Assembly (NCBI GenBank): GCA_001600815.1
Contig: BCKZ01000001.1
Span: forward strand, 1,459,389-1,523,388
Source: Alloascoidea hylecoeti
Taxonomy: Eukaryota
Reading direction: 5' to 3'
DNA: 64,000 nt
Position 1 is the first letter of the stretch; the number at the start of each line of letters is the position of its first letter. The position numbers and the translations under genes are program-made. The notes under the pieces were generated by a model. It was not told the origin of the DNA. It saw only the letters and a program-made list of their open reading frames with translations, and searched no databases. Positions 24,316 through 35,630 of this stretch are shown piece by piece.

Positions 24316-24828
24316 ATGATATCACTGAACCGTTACACATTCAAATCTCTTAAATACTCTATTTCACTTTCTTCTTCACTTCGGACTCTAATTTTACCAA
24401 GAATGTCGCATAAATTTCCTATCACAAAATCTACAGCTGAATGGAAAGCTAAGCTATCACCTCAACAATTTGCAGTTTTAAGAGAAAGCAATACTGAGAG
24501 ACCATTCTCAAAAGATTACATCGATTTTAATAAATCTAAAGAACAAGGTATCTTCAATTGTGCTGGTTGTGGTAATCCACTATATAAGTCAAGTACAAAA
24601 TTTGATGCTCATTGTGGTTGGCCTGCTTTTTATGAAGCGATTCCAGGATCAATAAAATTAACCAAAGATGGTTCCCTTGGTATGGAAAGAATCGAAATGG
24701 CTTGTGATCAATGTGGCGGGCATTTAGGTCATGTTTTTAAGGGTGAAGGCTTTAATACACCTACTAATGAAAGGCATTGTGTTAACTTAGTTAGTTTGAA
24801 GTTTAAGCCAGATGATGAACAAATTTAA
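24316..24828 (+). CDS. MXR2: Methionine-R-sulfoxide reductase MsrB
   Basis: LSPQQFAVLR, TERPF, CAGC, KFDAHCGWPAF, CDQCGGHLGHVFKGEG, RHCVN. Confidence 0.92.
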   Translation: MISLNRYTFKSLKYSISLSSSLRTLILPRMSHKFPITKSTAEWKAKLSPQQFAVLRESNTERPFSKDYIDFNKSKEQGIFNCAGCGNPLYKSSTKFDAHCGWPAFYEAIPGSIKLTKDGSLGMERIEMACDQCGGHLGHVFKGEGFNTPTNERHCVNLVSLKFKPDDEQI

Positions 24829-26250
24829 AATGATATAAATTAGTAGGAAAAGATTGAAATTAAACTATAGAAGTAGACATAGAATAGGAATATTAATATG
24901 GATATATGTCTAATCCAACTTTGCAATTGCAATTATAGCACATCTGCCTGATCTAGAACGCCATATTAATACTTATAATTTTAATATTTCAGTAATAATA
25001 TTAATAACATAATGTGTATATAATTCTATATTGATCATGAATAGCACCAAATATCCTTTAAAACTCACTCCCATTTTATACCTTTTTTTTTTCTCTCCAA
25101 GGTCAATGATCAATTGGTAGTTTATCAATTGCAAGTAGACGAAAGACTTCATGGATAGGAGGATTCAGTAAACCGTGCTTTTTCCTTTGTCAACAATATT
25201 ATTGTTCATACAAAATCATCAATTAAACCTATAAAAAATCAATTTAAATTGAAAATCTTGAGAAACGCATATAGATCAAACAATTAATAGATCCAACATT
25301 TTTATAACATGACGTCACTGATTAAATTGTGGGGAAATACAGAATCAATTCGCCTCAGAAGAGACACTAATTCGTAGTGATGCACCAATATCTGTCGCGC
25401 TATTGTCGAAGACTTATTAAAGGAACTCAATGGTGATACAAATAAAAAAATTGAAAAAATAGTGGCGATTGATCACTCATATAATTGATTTCCTTCTACA
25501 TATTCTATTCAAGACTCCTGAGAAGTTGATGGCTCCCACCTGATTTATGGATATGCATAGCTCTTTATATAGTACATGTATTATTTAATTTTTACAATTT
25601 ATTGATTTAGTTCAACTCACAACGGTCTAGCACATGTCTGTAGGAACCTATAGCTATATGTTATAGCAAAATCTTTCATATAAATTTATAAAAGCTTGGA
25701 CATGTTAGCTACGGTATTTGTAAGGAACACAATATTAATGTCCATGCTAATAATTTATAATTACGATCGTGAAGTTGAAATAGTTTTGTAGTTTATATTC
25801 TAATTGATCTGAAAATTAATTAATTAATTAATTAACTATAACCTTACATGTATAAAATCTGTTCTAAATACAGCTAATTAATTATACCAATATTTTTGGT
25901 ATAAAATAAATAAATAGAGTATTAATATTAATCAATTATATGATAAATTCATTATAAATAATGTGCGCTGAAAGAATCATATCGTAATCATGTTCTTAAA
26001 ATTCATTGAAGATATAAAAATAGAAAAATAAAAATAAAAATAAGCCAATTGTAACTGCAAAATGTTTTAAAATCATAGATAAAGCAAGTCATATAATAAA
26101 TAAATAATTGCAAATATAAAATAAACAAATAAATAAATAAAAATTCCTATGACCAAATTCAAAGATCTTATTCCCTACAATTAATAATCCCAACCTAATT
26201 AAATAGACTTAATTTATATTTTTCCTTTTATTTGTGTGGGGTTTCGATGA

Positions 26251-27278
26251 TTAATAACCATCAATAACAATATATTTATTTAAATTTCTAACAATTGAGT
26301 TTGTAGTTTTAAATTTTCCGACATGAAATCCAATACTAAAACTTATGCCAATTCCAATAATTAAAGATAAAGTTGACATAATTATTAATGATGATGATAT
26401 TGATGAAAACGAATTATTTTTATTTGAGTCATCATTTGAATCATTAACTTTTTTATTTTTATTTATAGATTTATTATAATAAGATTCTTTTTCTGAATTT
26501 ATTGATGATAATTTTTTTGTTTTCTTATCTTTGTGTGAATGTTTATGTGTTTTTAAATATTTGGAAATTGAATTTGAAGTTGAAGTTGAAGTTGAAGTTG
26601 ATCTTGAAGCAGACCTCGATCTCGATCTCTTTTGTTTTCTTGGATGAAATTTAGATTCATAGTCACTAGTATTATAATTATCATTTAGTCTATCTTTATT
26701 TAAAAAAGGAGGTTCTTTAACAATTGACAAACATTCTGGTTCTTTCCCCTTATGATTATAACTTATAGAACTAGAATTAGAACCAGAACCAGAATTATTA
26801 AAAGTGCTAATATTTTGTTTTAAATTATAGCTATTTGAAAGACCACAGGTGTTTAGATTTTTATCATTTCCTGATAATATTGTTGTTAATGATACATCTA
26901 ATCCTTTTGGGAAAGTGTTTAAGGAAGTGATACCAATAGTATTTGAGCCTAAAGAAGAGGAGGAAAAAGAAGAAGAAGAAGAAGAAGATAAGACATCATT
27001 TCCAACTCCAATTTCAATATTAGGAATACTATTATTATTATTAAGGATTATATTTGAGGAAGATGTGTTATCATCAACATCTATCCAGGAATCTATTAAA
27101 TTAAAAAGGAGAGGGATGAGTTAATTAATTGCATATTTAAGAACGCGATAAGACATTATATTTACTTACTACCCAAAGGTGAGTCCACATCATCAAATGG
27201 AACAACTGAGTCCACAGAAGATCCCAAACCATCCTCTCTCATAATTTCTTGTTTCCAGTCCTGTGAATAGTTCTGCAT
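26251..27278 (-). CDS. Ser-rich tail-anchored protein (~316 aa) with N-terminal AIM/LIR-like motif, intron 27093-27169
   Basis: MQNYSQDWKQE...DSPLG|NSWIDVDD... in frame with ORF 26251-26730; intron GTAAGT..AATTAAC..TAG; C-terminal TM LIIMSTLSLIIGIGISFSIGFHVGK. Confidence 0.75.
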
Positions 27279-27341
27279 TTGTTAAAAATGAGTAGTAAAA
27301 AAGAGGAGAAGATCCGGTTATATACCGAATTTAGTGTTACC

Positions 27342-27953
27342 CTACCGTGTATGAGCTTTTTTGATGTTTAAATTTGAAACCAAAAAAGTCCAAAAGATTT
27401 TATAAAAACCAAAACTGAAAAAAAATAGAAATATAAGATATTTTATAACAGTTGATAAATCTGAGGGAATTAAAAATGAACACTTATTAATTATTATCAT
27501 TGCTTTGACATCATTAGGTCTTATCATTAAAGATTTATTAGATGAATAGTAATCTGAAATATATGATAATTCTAATAGATAAAATCCATTAATTATAATT
27601 GGTTCTAATGAGAAATCTATTGGTTGTGAAGCAGGCCAACAAATTCTAATTTCATATTCATCATCATTTCCATATTCATTATCATTATCATTACCATTAT
27701 TGTTATTAAAATCAATATCGATTCTATAATATCTTGTACGTTGTAAATCTAACATTGGATGAAAAGTTTCAATTAATCGGTTGTTTTCTTCTTGTAGGTT
27801 TAGTACTGGTAATTCATATAATTTTATATGACTGTTCAAAGCTGATTTTTCTGTAAATGAATCATATCTGATCCTTATATTTTCAGTATTTCCAAGGACA
27901 AGTAAAAATAAAAAATGAAGAATTGTTAAAAATTGTAGTTGTTTCATTTCCAT
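27342..27953 (-). CDS. PGA1: Pga1-like GPI-mannosyltransferase II subunit
   Basis: Signal peptide followed by NTE, YEIRICWPASQPIDFSL motif, C-terminal TM; ATG at 27953. Confidence 0.6.
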   Translation of the reverse strand: MEMKQLQFLTILHFLFLLVLGNTENIRIRYDSFTEKSALNSHIKLYELPVLNLQEENNRLIETFHPMLDLQRTRYYRIDIDFNNNNGNDNDNEYGNDDEYEIRICWPASQPIDFSLEPIIINGFYLLELSYISDYYSSNKSLMIRPNDVKAMIIINKCSFLIPSDLSTVIKYLIFLFFFSFGFYKIFWTFLVSNLNIKKAHTR

Positions 27954-28057
27954 ATATTTATAAGTATTGTAGTTGGTTGAAGTAAAAAGGAATGAAGAAA
28001 ATTTAAAAGTTGCAACTCCAATCAACTCAACTTACACATCATCAAATATTTATAATC

Positions 28058-28587
28058 ATGGAATTGGTATGTTTTAACAACAACCACCAAAATCAAAACG
28101 ATATTAATTAATTAATTAATTAACTGAGTAAACTATGATTCATATAGCTCCCCGAAAAAGTGGAAAATAAAGTCGATGTACTTTGGGAAGATCAACAACG
28201 AATCAATCAATTTTCCAAATTATATTCCAAAATTACAGTATTAAAAAATGATTTATCACAACAAGAAAAAGAAAAAGAATATATTGATGATGTTTCATTA
28301 GAATTAGAATTAGTTGATGAAGATGAATCAGTTCAGTAAGCTTTTAAGTATTTAATACACTTACAAAACTACATTATTAACTTCAAATATATAGATATAA
28401 ACTGGGTGATACGTTTATTTACCTTCCACAATCTGAAGTTATGGAAAGATTGGAAAAAGAATCTGAAGTAGTAAACTCAGAAATTGAAGAATTGAATGAA
28501 AAAATCTCAGATATTAATACAGAAATGATCAAATTAAAGGCTGCTTTATATTCAAAATTTGGAGACTCAATAAGATTAGAAAAATAA
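28058..28587 (+). CDS. GIM3: Prefoldin subunit 4, two introns (28067-28147, 28336-28394); absent from ORF track
   Basis: MEL|LPEKVENKVDVLWEDQQRINQFSKL...EKEYIDDVSLELELVDEDESVQ|YKLGDTF...LKAALYSKFGDSIRLEK*; closely parallels yeast Gim3. Confidence 0.93.
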
Positions 28588-28767
28588 ATAAATTAATTAT
28601 TAATTATACTTATTAAATATTTAAAATGTTGATTATATTCTTATATTACATACACATTACATTATTGGTTATATCTGTAAACAACTTTTGGTTTAACCGT
28701 CATTAATTCTAAAAGCAACCATTTTTCTACTTTTCATTATCCTTTATAATGTTGATCAAACAACAAT

Positions 28768-29294
28768 TTAAACTATAGCTGTAGCTATTGGAAGAGCTGA
28801 AACATTTGGAACAGCCGAATCTATTGGAAGAGCTCCAATCATCTCCGCAATTTCATCTCCAGTGACAGGACCAGTTCTAAGAATTCCAGTTTCAACAGGT
28901 ACTTCACCAATAGTGTAATCACCATTAGCGATGCTGACAACCTGATCACGTTCAATAAAGAATGGGAATTCTGTACTGTTCAAACCAGCAATCAAATCAA
29001 TAGAATCAGCAGGAATTTGAAAAGCAAGGCCTCTAAGTGTTGAATGATATTCATATTTGATTTCTGAACCGGTGATGCTTTTGATGGCCTCAAGAACAGC
29101 ATCGAAAACAGCGTCAGGAACATTTTTGTCATCGAAGTATAAAATATAAGCTTCGGTTGCTATCAAATATTTACAGTTAGTTTTATAATTCTCATCAAAT
29201 ATGAAGGTTAATACGGCTTACGGACTGGGATAGGAGAAGAAAGGACTCCAAAGGCGCTGGCGAGGGCGAAAGTGGCAATTTGAGTAAACTTCAT
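28768..29294 (-). CDS. Secreted peptidase inhibitor I9 (subtilisin-propeptide-like) protein, intron 29160-29221
   Basis: Signal peptide MKFTQIATFALASAFGVLSSP; I9-like pattern YILYF...GSEIKYEYHSTLRGLAFQIP...FIERDQVVSI; intron GTAAGC..AACTAAC..TAG. Confidence 0.7.
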
Positions 29295-29515
29295 TTTAAT
29301 TTTTAAATTCTAGTTGGAAGAAGAAGAAAAAAATGGAGAGAATATGTTTATATTTATATTTCTCTTTAAGCGGAGAAGCGATAAGAGTAAGAATAAGAAT
29401 ATGTGAATTTACAAGTGCTTTCCTTTATGAGAACAAACATAAATTATACACTTTATTTTTACTAGTGACATCACGTGAAATGTTGAAAATGGAGAAAGAA
29501 AAAAATTCCAAAAAA

Positions 29516-29615
29516 GGGCTCAACCGGGAATTGAACCCGGGACCTCTCGCAAACTTTTACAAGTACTTAGAGTTAAATGCCCTAAGCGAGAATTATACCA
29601 CTAAACCATCGAGCC
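29516..29615 (-). tRNA. tRNA-Pro(AGG) with 28-nt intron
   Basis: GGCTCGATGGTTTAGTGGTATAATTCTCGCTTAGGG[cattt...aaagtt]TGCGAGAGGTCCCGGGTTCAATTCCCGGTTGAGCCC followed by T6. Confidence 0.93.
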
Positions 29616-29770
29616 AATTTCATGGCTGTGGAAATGTGTAATAGTACCAGTCCACCAAAATATACGAAACACCTGACATTTTATTATGTAAATTTTCATA
29701 CACCAAAATGATTGTGGACACAAACAAATATCATCCATTTAATAGTTGAATAAAATTTAATAGAATAAAG

Positions 29771-30319
29771 ATGAGCAAAAGATCCCCAATCGCACTTGAC
29801 GATTTAACAGCAAATAATGTTGGTATATTGAAGCAAATTAACAAAGTTACGTTGCCGATGACTTATCCTGATTCGTGGTATAAGGAGTCTTTAACTCTCA
29901 CTGATGGTTTGGTTAAACTTGGTATGAAATGATATATATACAAAAATACCAATAAATTATAAAAATGAAAACTAATTATCTTTTTTTATCTAGCTTACTT
30001 TAATGAAATTCCAGTTGGTGCAATACGGTGCGAACTTCAAGTTCCTCAACAACATACTGTACCATCAAAAATTTATATTATGACTTTAGCTGTTTTATCA
30101 CCATATAGAAATTATGGAATTGGTACAAAATTACTTGATTATGTTATTAATAATGCTAAAAAGATTTTCATTCATGAAATATATGTTCATGTTTGGATTA
30201 AAAATGAAGAAGCTATTGAATGGTATTTAAAAAGAGGTTTTAAAAAAAATGAAATTATCAAAAATTATTATAAAAAATTAGATAATAGTGATGCTATTGT
30301 ATTAACTTTGGAATTTTGA
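29771..30319 (+). CDS. NAT5: N-terminal acetyltransferase Naa50/Nat5, intron 29922-29993
   Basis: IALDDLTANNVGILKQINKVTLPMTYPDSWY...VKL|AYFNEIPVGAIRC...IYIMTLAVLSPYRNYGIGTKLL...YVHVW...WYLKRGF. Confidence 0.88.
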
Positions 30320-30415
30320 AAAATCAAATATCATAGTTATTATTGCTTATATTTACAATTGCAAGTTTCTGTGTAGTAATTAAATTTAAATCTAAATCTA
30401 TTCTAAATATTATAC

Positions 30416-31966
30416 CTATTCATCAATTATAATCACTCCATTATCATAATGAGACTTAACTTCATCTTTCCCATTGTTATTCAATTTCTTATCTATTTCA
30501 TCTTTCTCATTCAATTGTTCTTTTATCTTCTTTTTCTTCTCTTTTTCGTCTTTAAAACTCAAAAGTAATTTCAATTCACCTCTAAACCAAGCGACGATCA
30601 AAGTACTAAAAGCAATTGATGGGCATAAATATAATAGAGCAGGTTGACCATGTTCTGAAAAATGCATAACAATAATTGTTAAAGTTAAACCAAATACATA
30701 TGAAATTACACCTGTTATGAAGTAAGTTTTGGGAAATTTTCTTGAATAATGGAAACTTAATTTTTCATTTTGATTATAAAATTTCCAAGCATCAAATCTT
30801 AAACAAACACTTAAAAACATTGAAGGAACAACAATATCTCCAAGCCCTAATAATGAACTTGGATGATTATGATAATCATTAACAACTGTTTCATTTTTAT
30901 AATAAGGTCTTGGAATTGTGATTTTACCAGGTAATTCAAGTTCTTTTGATGTTGCAACGGTAATCATTACTGTTGTACCAAATACAAAATAAATATCATA
31001 TAAAAATAATCCAAAGAATAATATAAAAGCAGTTTTAAAATTTGATAATTTAAGAATTCTTCCAGTATAAATTGCAATTGATAATGTAATTAGATTTAAA
31101 ATAAACCAATTATTTCCATCTATTGAATATAAATATATAATAAATAATGATATTGGTGTACCGATGATGCCAGTTAATGAAATATAAAGATTATTAATTT
31201 GATCTTTTGGTTCAATAATTAATGGCAAGTTTTCTTCTTTTTTCTTTTTATCATTTTCATTTTCATCATTTTCATTTTCATCATTTTCATTTTCATCATT
31301 TTCATTTTCATCAGTTTCAGTTTCAGTTTCAATTTCTTCCTCAAATTGATCATCTTCAAGTTCAGTTTTAGAAAAACCTGTTCCAAAAGATGGATCTTCA
31401 GAAAATGTGAGCCTATAAATAGGCACAGTAAATCCACCAAATCTTCTTAAAGTACCTTGAATAATATTTGAAAAATTACTAACCATACCAAGGAATCCCC
31501 AACCAGATGTATAAAATTTGAAAAAATAATTAATATAAGCAACAATATTGAGGTATTTGATTGAATAGAACAAAGTAACTATTGAAATAGCACTGTAAAT
31601 TGGAAAAAACAAAGCTTGTTTTTCTTCTATTTTAACACTTGAGATTCCACGATTATTAATATTTAAATATGACAAATCATCAGGATGAAATAGAGAAGAA
31701 TTTAAATCAGGTTTTAAAGAATTAACAGGTTTTGTAAATGATGAATAACTTATCAATATTAGTACAATAGTAGCAGTTGAAATCATTAAAAAATGAGTTA
31801 TGAAAACTGGTTGTATATTTAAATTGATTTTAAAATATTTTAATAAAAAATCATTTAAAGTATTTAAATTTGTTTCTCCTGTGATGAAATTTGTTATTGA
31901 AGTTGTGAAATCATTTAAATAATCTGCAACTGTTAAAGTATCACCAGTGGTGTTGGTGAAGTTCAT
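30416..31966 (-). CDS. YPF1: Signal peptide peptidase (presenilin-type aspartyl protease)
   Basis: LFLYDIYFVFGT, LGLGDIVVP, GQPALLYLCP motifs; acidic (ENEND)n insert. Confidence 0.9.
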   Translation of the reverse strand: MNFTNTTGDTLTVADYLNDFTTSITNFITGETNLNTLNDFLLKYFKINLNIQPVFITHFLMISTATIVLILISYSSFTKPVNSLKPDLNSSLFHPDDLSYLNINNRGISSVKIEEKQALFFPIYSAISIVTLFYSIKYLNIVAYINYFFKFYTSGWGFLGMVSNFSNIIQGTLRRFGGFTVPIYRLTFSEDPSFGTGFSKTELEDDQFEEEIETETETDENENDENENDENENDENENDKKKKEENLPLIIEPKDQINNLYISLTGIIGTPISLFIIYLYSIDGNNWFILNLITLSIAIYTGRILKLSNFKTAFILFFGLFLYDIYFVFGTTVMITVATSKELELPGKITIPRPYYKNETVVNDYHNHPSSLLGLGDIVVPSMFLSVCLRFDAWKFYNQNEKLSFHYSRKFPKTYFITGVISYVFGLTLTIIVMHFSEHGQPALLYLCPSIAFSTLIVAWFRGELKLLLSFKDEKEKKKKIKEQLNEKDEIDKKLNNNGKDEVKSHYDNGVIIIDE

Positions 31967-32698
31967 GATGTTTCTCGTTACAAGTTTTTGGGGAATTATG
32001 ACAATTAAATAAAAAGAAGAAGAAGAAAGTTACGACCACAATGGGGAAGAAAGGATGTTAGTCAATAACCTTTTTTAATTATAAACTCTAATTCTATTCG
32101 GCACTGAATGGTCACATACTTTGTTAACTATCCATATCAATAGTTGGTCATGAATAGAATTGTTTGTGAAGAAAACTAATAGTTTTAAAGTATATATATA
32201 TATAATATCGAAATCAATACAATTATAGCCTGGATTGTTTATTATCGTTATGAATAACTTTCAATTTCGAATGATATCGATCATCAAATAATCCTTGGTA
32301 CGCAAAACCAACTATATCATTATTGGTTAATCATCCTATTAATTGCAATATAAATGGTAAAGCAGTATAATATTAGTGATAATACACATCAAAGAAATAT
32401 AAGTTATAACTATTAAAACATGATTGCGTATACCATTCATCACACAGGTTCTATAGGTTGCACTGCGACAGGGTCCACAGGGTCCAAAGGTTAGATGATC
32501 GTTCCATGAGAAGTTTGCTGTTGTAAATTGTATCAAATTAATTTCTAATATATCCACTAAATTTATCTTTTCACTTGCTAAAGTAATCTCGCACTTTTGC
32601 CATCCTAGGAATATCCAACATTTGGAATCTCCTTGGCATTTTGGTTTTATTTGATGAAAAATATCCGTGGTGATATTGTGAAGAGATACTTTTATAGG

Positions 32699-33094
32699 TT
32701 ATACTAAAGCGATGATAGAACCAAGAATAAGAGTAACAACACCAACCGTAGACCAAATCCTTCGTTCATCGGATACCGGATCAGGAGGATCGAACAAACC
32801 AGGCCCAAATATATCATCTATCTTCATATTTTCCAATTTTTTTGTTAGTTGCTCTGATGATGATGAAAATGATGATACGTTATTATTAAATATGTCTATT
32901 TATATTGCAACTTGTGTGTTAATATTTATATTTACCTATATTTATATTTTATAACTTAACATACCATTATTTTTTGAATATAATAATATCAGCACAATAA
33001 TAAAGGTTATGCTAAGCAATATTTTCTGATGAGATATAGAAAAAATATTAATAATTCTGTTATTTATAGTCTTCATTATCATTATTATCCTCAT
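32699..33094 (-). CDS. Hypothetical 108-aa two-TM protein, intron 32896-32964; not in ORF track
   Basis: MRIIMIMKT...ILLSITFIIVLILLYSKNN|DIFNNN...DDIFGPGLFDPPDPVSDERRIWSTVGVVTLILGSIIALV*; intron GTATGT..TATTAAC..TAG preserves frame. Confidence 0.55.
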
Positions 33095-33397
33095 TGAAAG
33101 TGTTATTGGTTAAATATATATACGGTCTGAAATATACCATACTGTATAATGAGAAAGGCGTATATCTGAGTCCTTACTAGATTCCCTTTTTTTTCCTTTT
33201 TACTCGAACAATATCTCTCAGACACAAAAGAGACAAAAACATTTTAAAAGTTATTGTTTATACCTTTTAAAATAACCCTAAAACTGACATTATTTGATTT
33301 CAATATACTTCCGAGTATTTCGAAAACCTGTGTTCAAACGACGATCTTCCCCAAATAATACTTTTATTTTTTTGATCCAAAGACATTTTTATTCGAT

Positions 33398-35375
33398 ATG
33401 AGTTATAGAGGAAACAGAAGAGGAGGCTCTAACAATCATTATCATAATAACAACAATAATAGTCATTCAAATTATAACGATGGAGGATTTAACAATAATT
33501 CGAGTTATAATGATACCGGATATAGCAATAATGGGAATAGATCGGGTAACGGTTACAATAATTACAACCAAAATCATAACACTGGAAATTATAATGGAAA
33601 TTATAATGGAAATTATAATGGAAATGGAAATGGAAGCAAGAAAGTTGAAATTGAAATTAGGGGATGGAATAATGCTTCAAAAGAAGAATTGATTTCTTTT
33701 TTATACCGAAAGTCAAAGGTTCAAATTAATGATGTAAGTATATAAATCAAGAATTAAAAAATATAAAAAAAGAAGAAGAAGAAGAAACTAATGATAATTG
33801 CTAAAGGCATACACTTCAGGTGATTTAATAATTGCAAATGTCAAACCAAATGAAGCACATATTTTAATTGGTTGGAATGGTATTCGATTTGCAAAGCAAT
33901 CACTTCAAATTAAAATCAATAATTCAACACAATCACAATCACAATCACAACCAGGGACAAATAATAATACAACGATGAAAGCAATTGAATTATTTACAAC
34001 AATTGTAAAACAACGTTTTAATCCAGAATTAAAATTATTAGATTTAACAAATTTAAGATCTGATTCATTATTAGCATCAAATGGATTATTTGATACTGAA
34101 TCGAGATCATTAAAAACTTTTCCAGCATTGATTAAAATTGCATCTGATTTAATTAATACAGAAGGTGGTAATTTAAAAGTTGAAAGTGTTAATCTTTCAA
34201 ATAATCAATTTGATGATTTAAATGTTTTAGTTACATTATCAACAACATTTCCAAAATTAAAGAATTTAAGTCTTGAAAATAATAATATTTCTAAAGTTTT
34301 AAATTTAAGTATTTTTAAACATAAATGGAAGAATTTAAGAGAATTAATTGTTAGTGGGAATCCATTTACAACAGTTAGAACGGTTGATGAATATAAAAAT
34401 GAAATTTTAAAAATATTTCCAAAATTAATTCTATTAGATGGATTAATAGTAAGAGATGAATTAGAATTAGAAAAATCATTAAATATTTGTTATGGTCTTT
34501 TTAAATCATCAACCACAAATAAGAATTTTTTTGAAAATGAAGATATCAAAGGATTATCAATTAATTTTTTGAATACATTTTTTCAATTATTTGATAATAA
34601 TAGAGAAGAATTAGTTTTAAATTCAGGAGTTTATAATAATTCTTCAATTGTTTCATTGAATTTAGATTCAATGTCACCAAGATTACCAATTGAAGATGTT
34701 AATAGTAATAATGGTAATTGGTCAAGATATATCCCACTTTCAAGAAACTTGACAAGAATCACTAGTGTTGATGGACGAAATTCCAAATTAGCAAACGGAG
34801 TGACATCGATATCCCAGCTTTTTTCTAAGATTCCCAAAACTCAACATAATTTTGCGCTGGACGATAATGAGAACCGATTTTGTATTGAAGCATGGAGGAT
34901 TGGGAATAATGGGATGATAATTTCGATGCATGGTAGTTTTAAGGAAGAGAATCCTGGAAATGCAACCACAAACACATTTGGTAGCCGAAGGGGAGGATTT
35001 AACAAGAACAATAACGATAATAGGAACAATAAGAATAAACAGAGTTTGGGACCGATCGAACGCAGTTTTGATAGACTTTTTGTGTTGGGGATCGATGGAA
35101 ACGGAAATATGGTGATTGTTTCGGAAATGATTACGGTACGCGGATATTGTGGGGCCGAGGCGTGGCAGGCATCCGAACGGGCACCCGAACAGGCACCCGA
35201 ACAGGCACCCGAACAGGCACAAATGGAGGCATTTGTACGCGAATTGCGCGAATACACGCATCTTGCGGACGGATACGTGCGAATTCTGGCGGAAGAGAGC
35301 CATTTCAACCTGCCGGATGCCATCGCCAAATTCGAAGCCAACAAAGCCAATTTGCCAGCCGATGCGTTCGTATAG
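33398..35375 (+). CDS. MEX67: mRNA export factor Mex67/NXF1, intron 33734-33806
   Basis: N/G-rich N-terminus, IEIRGWNNASKEELISFL, WNGIRFA, LRRs (LKNLSLENN), NTF2-like (YIPLSRNL, HGSFKE, RSFDRLF), C-terminal UBA ending LPADAFV. Confidence 0.9.
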
Positions 35376-35630
35376 TATAATTATTATTTTTGGTGGTTTC
35401 ACCGCATGTTCCTCTGCAGGGATGCGCCGATATGCATGCAACAGTGCAGATGACTCTGGTGCAAAATTTTCTCTTTACGTAACGTGTTATGTCATCTTTC
35501 AGCCTCCAAGCCTGCATGAATCTTAATCTTAAGCGGTGGGCTGAAGTGTTAACATCCAAATAAATATGACTACGAATTATAAATACAAAGTCAAATCTCT
35601 TATAAGTTTCTTCTTTTCTCCAAAAACAAA

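Noticed and set aside
29333..29641. 102-aa ORF on + strand
   Set aside because: Overlaps the tRNA-Pro gene antisense and a promoter; no protein features
31245..31330. Short tandem repeats (also 1775-1805, 33585-33635, 52815-52850) as CRISPR-like arrays
   Set aside because: Spacerless microsatellites, mostly encoding low-complexity protein; eukaryotic context
34788..35559. Multiple overlapping ORFs at the MEX67 3' end
   Set aside because: By-product of local GC richness and the 12-bp repeat; no recognisable domains
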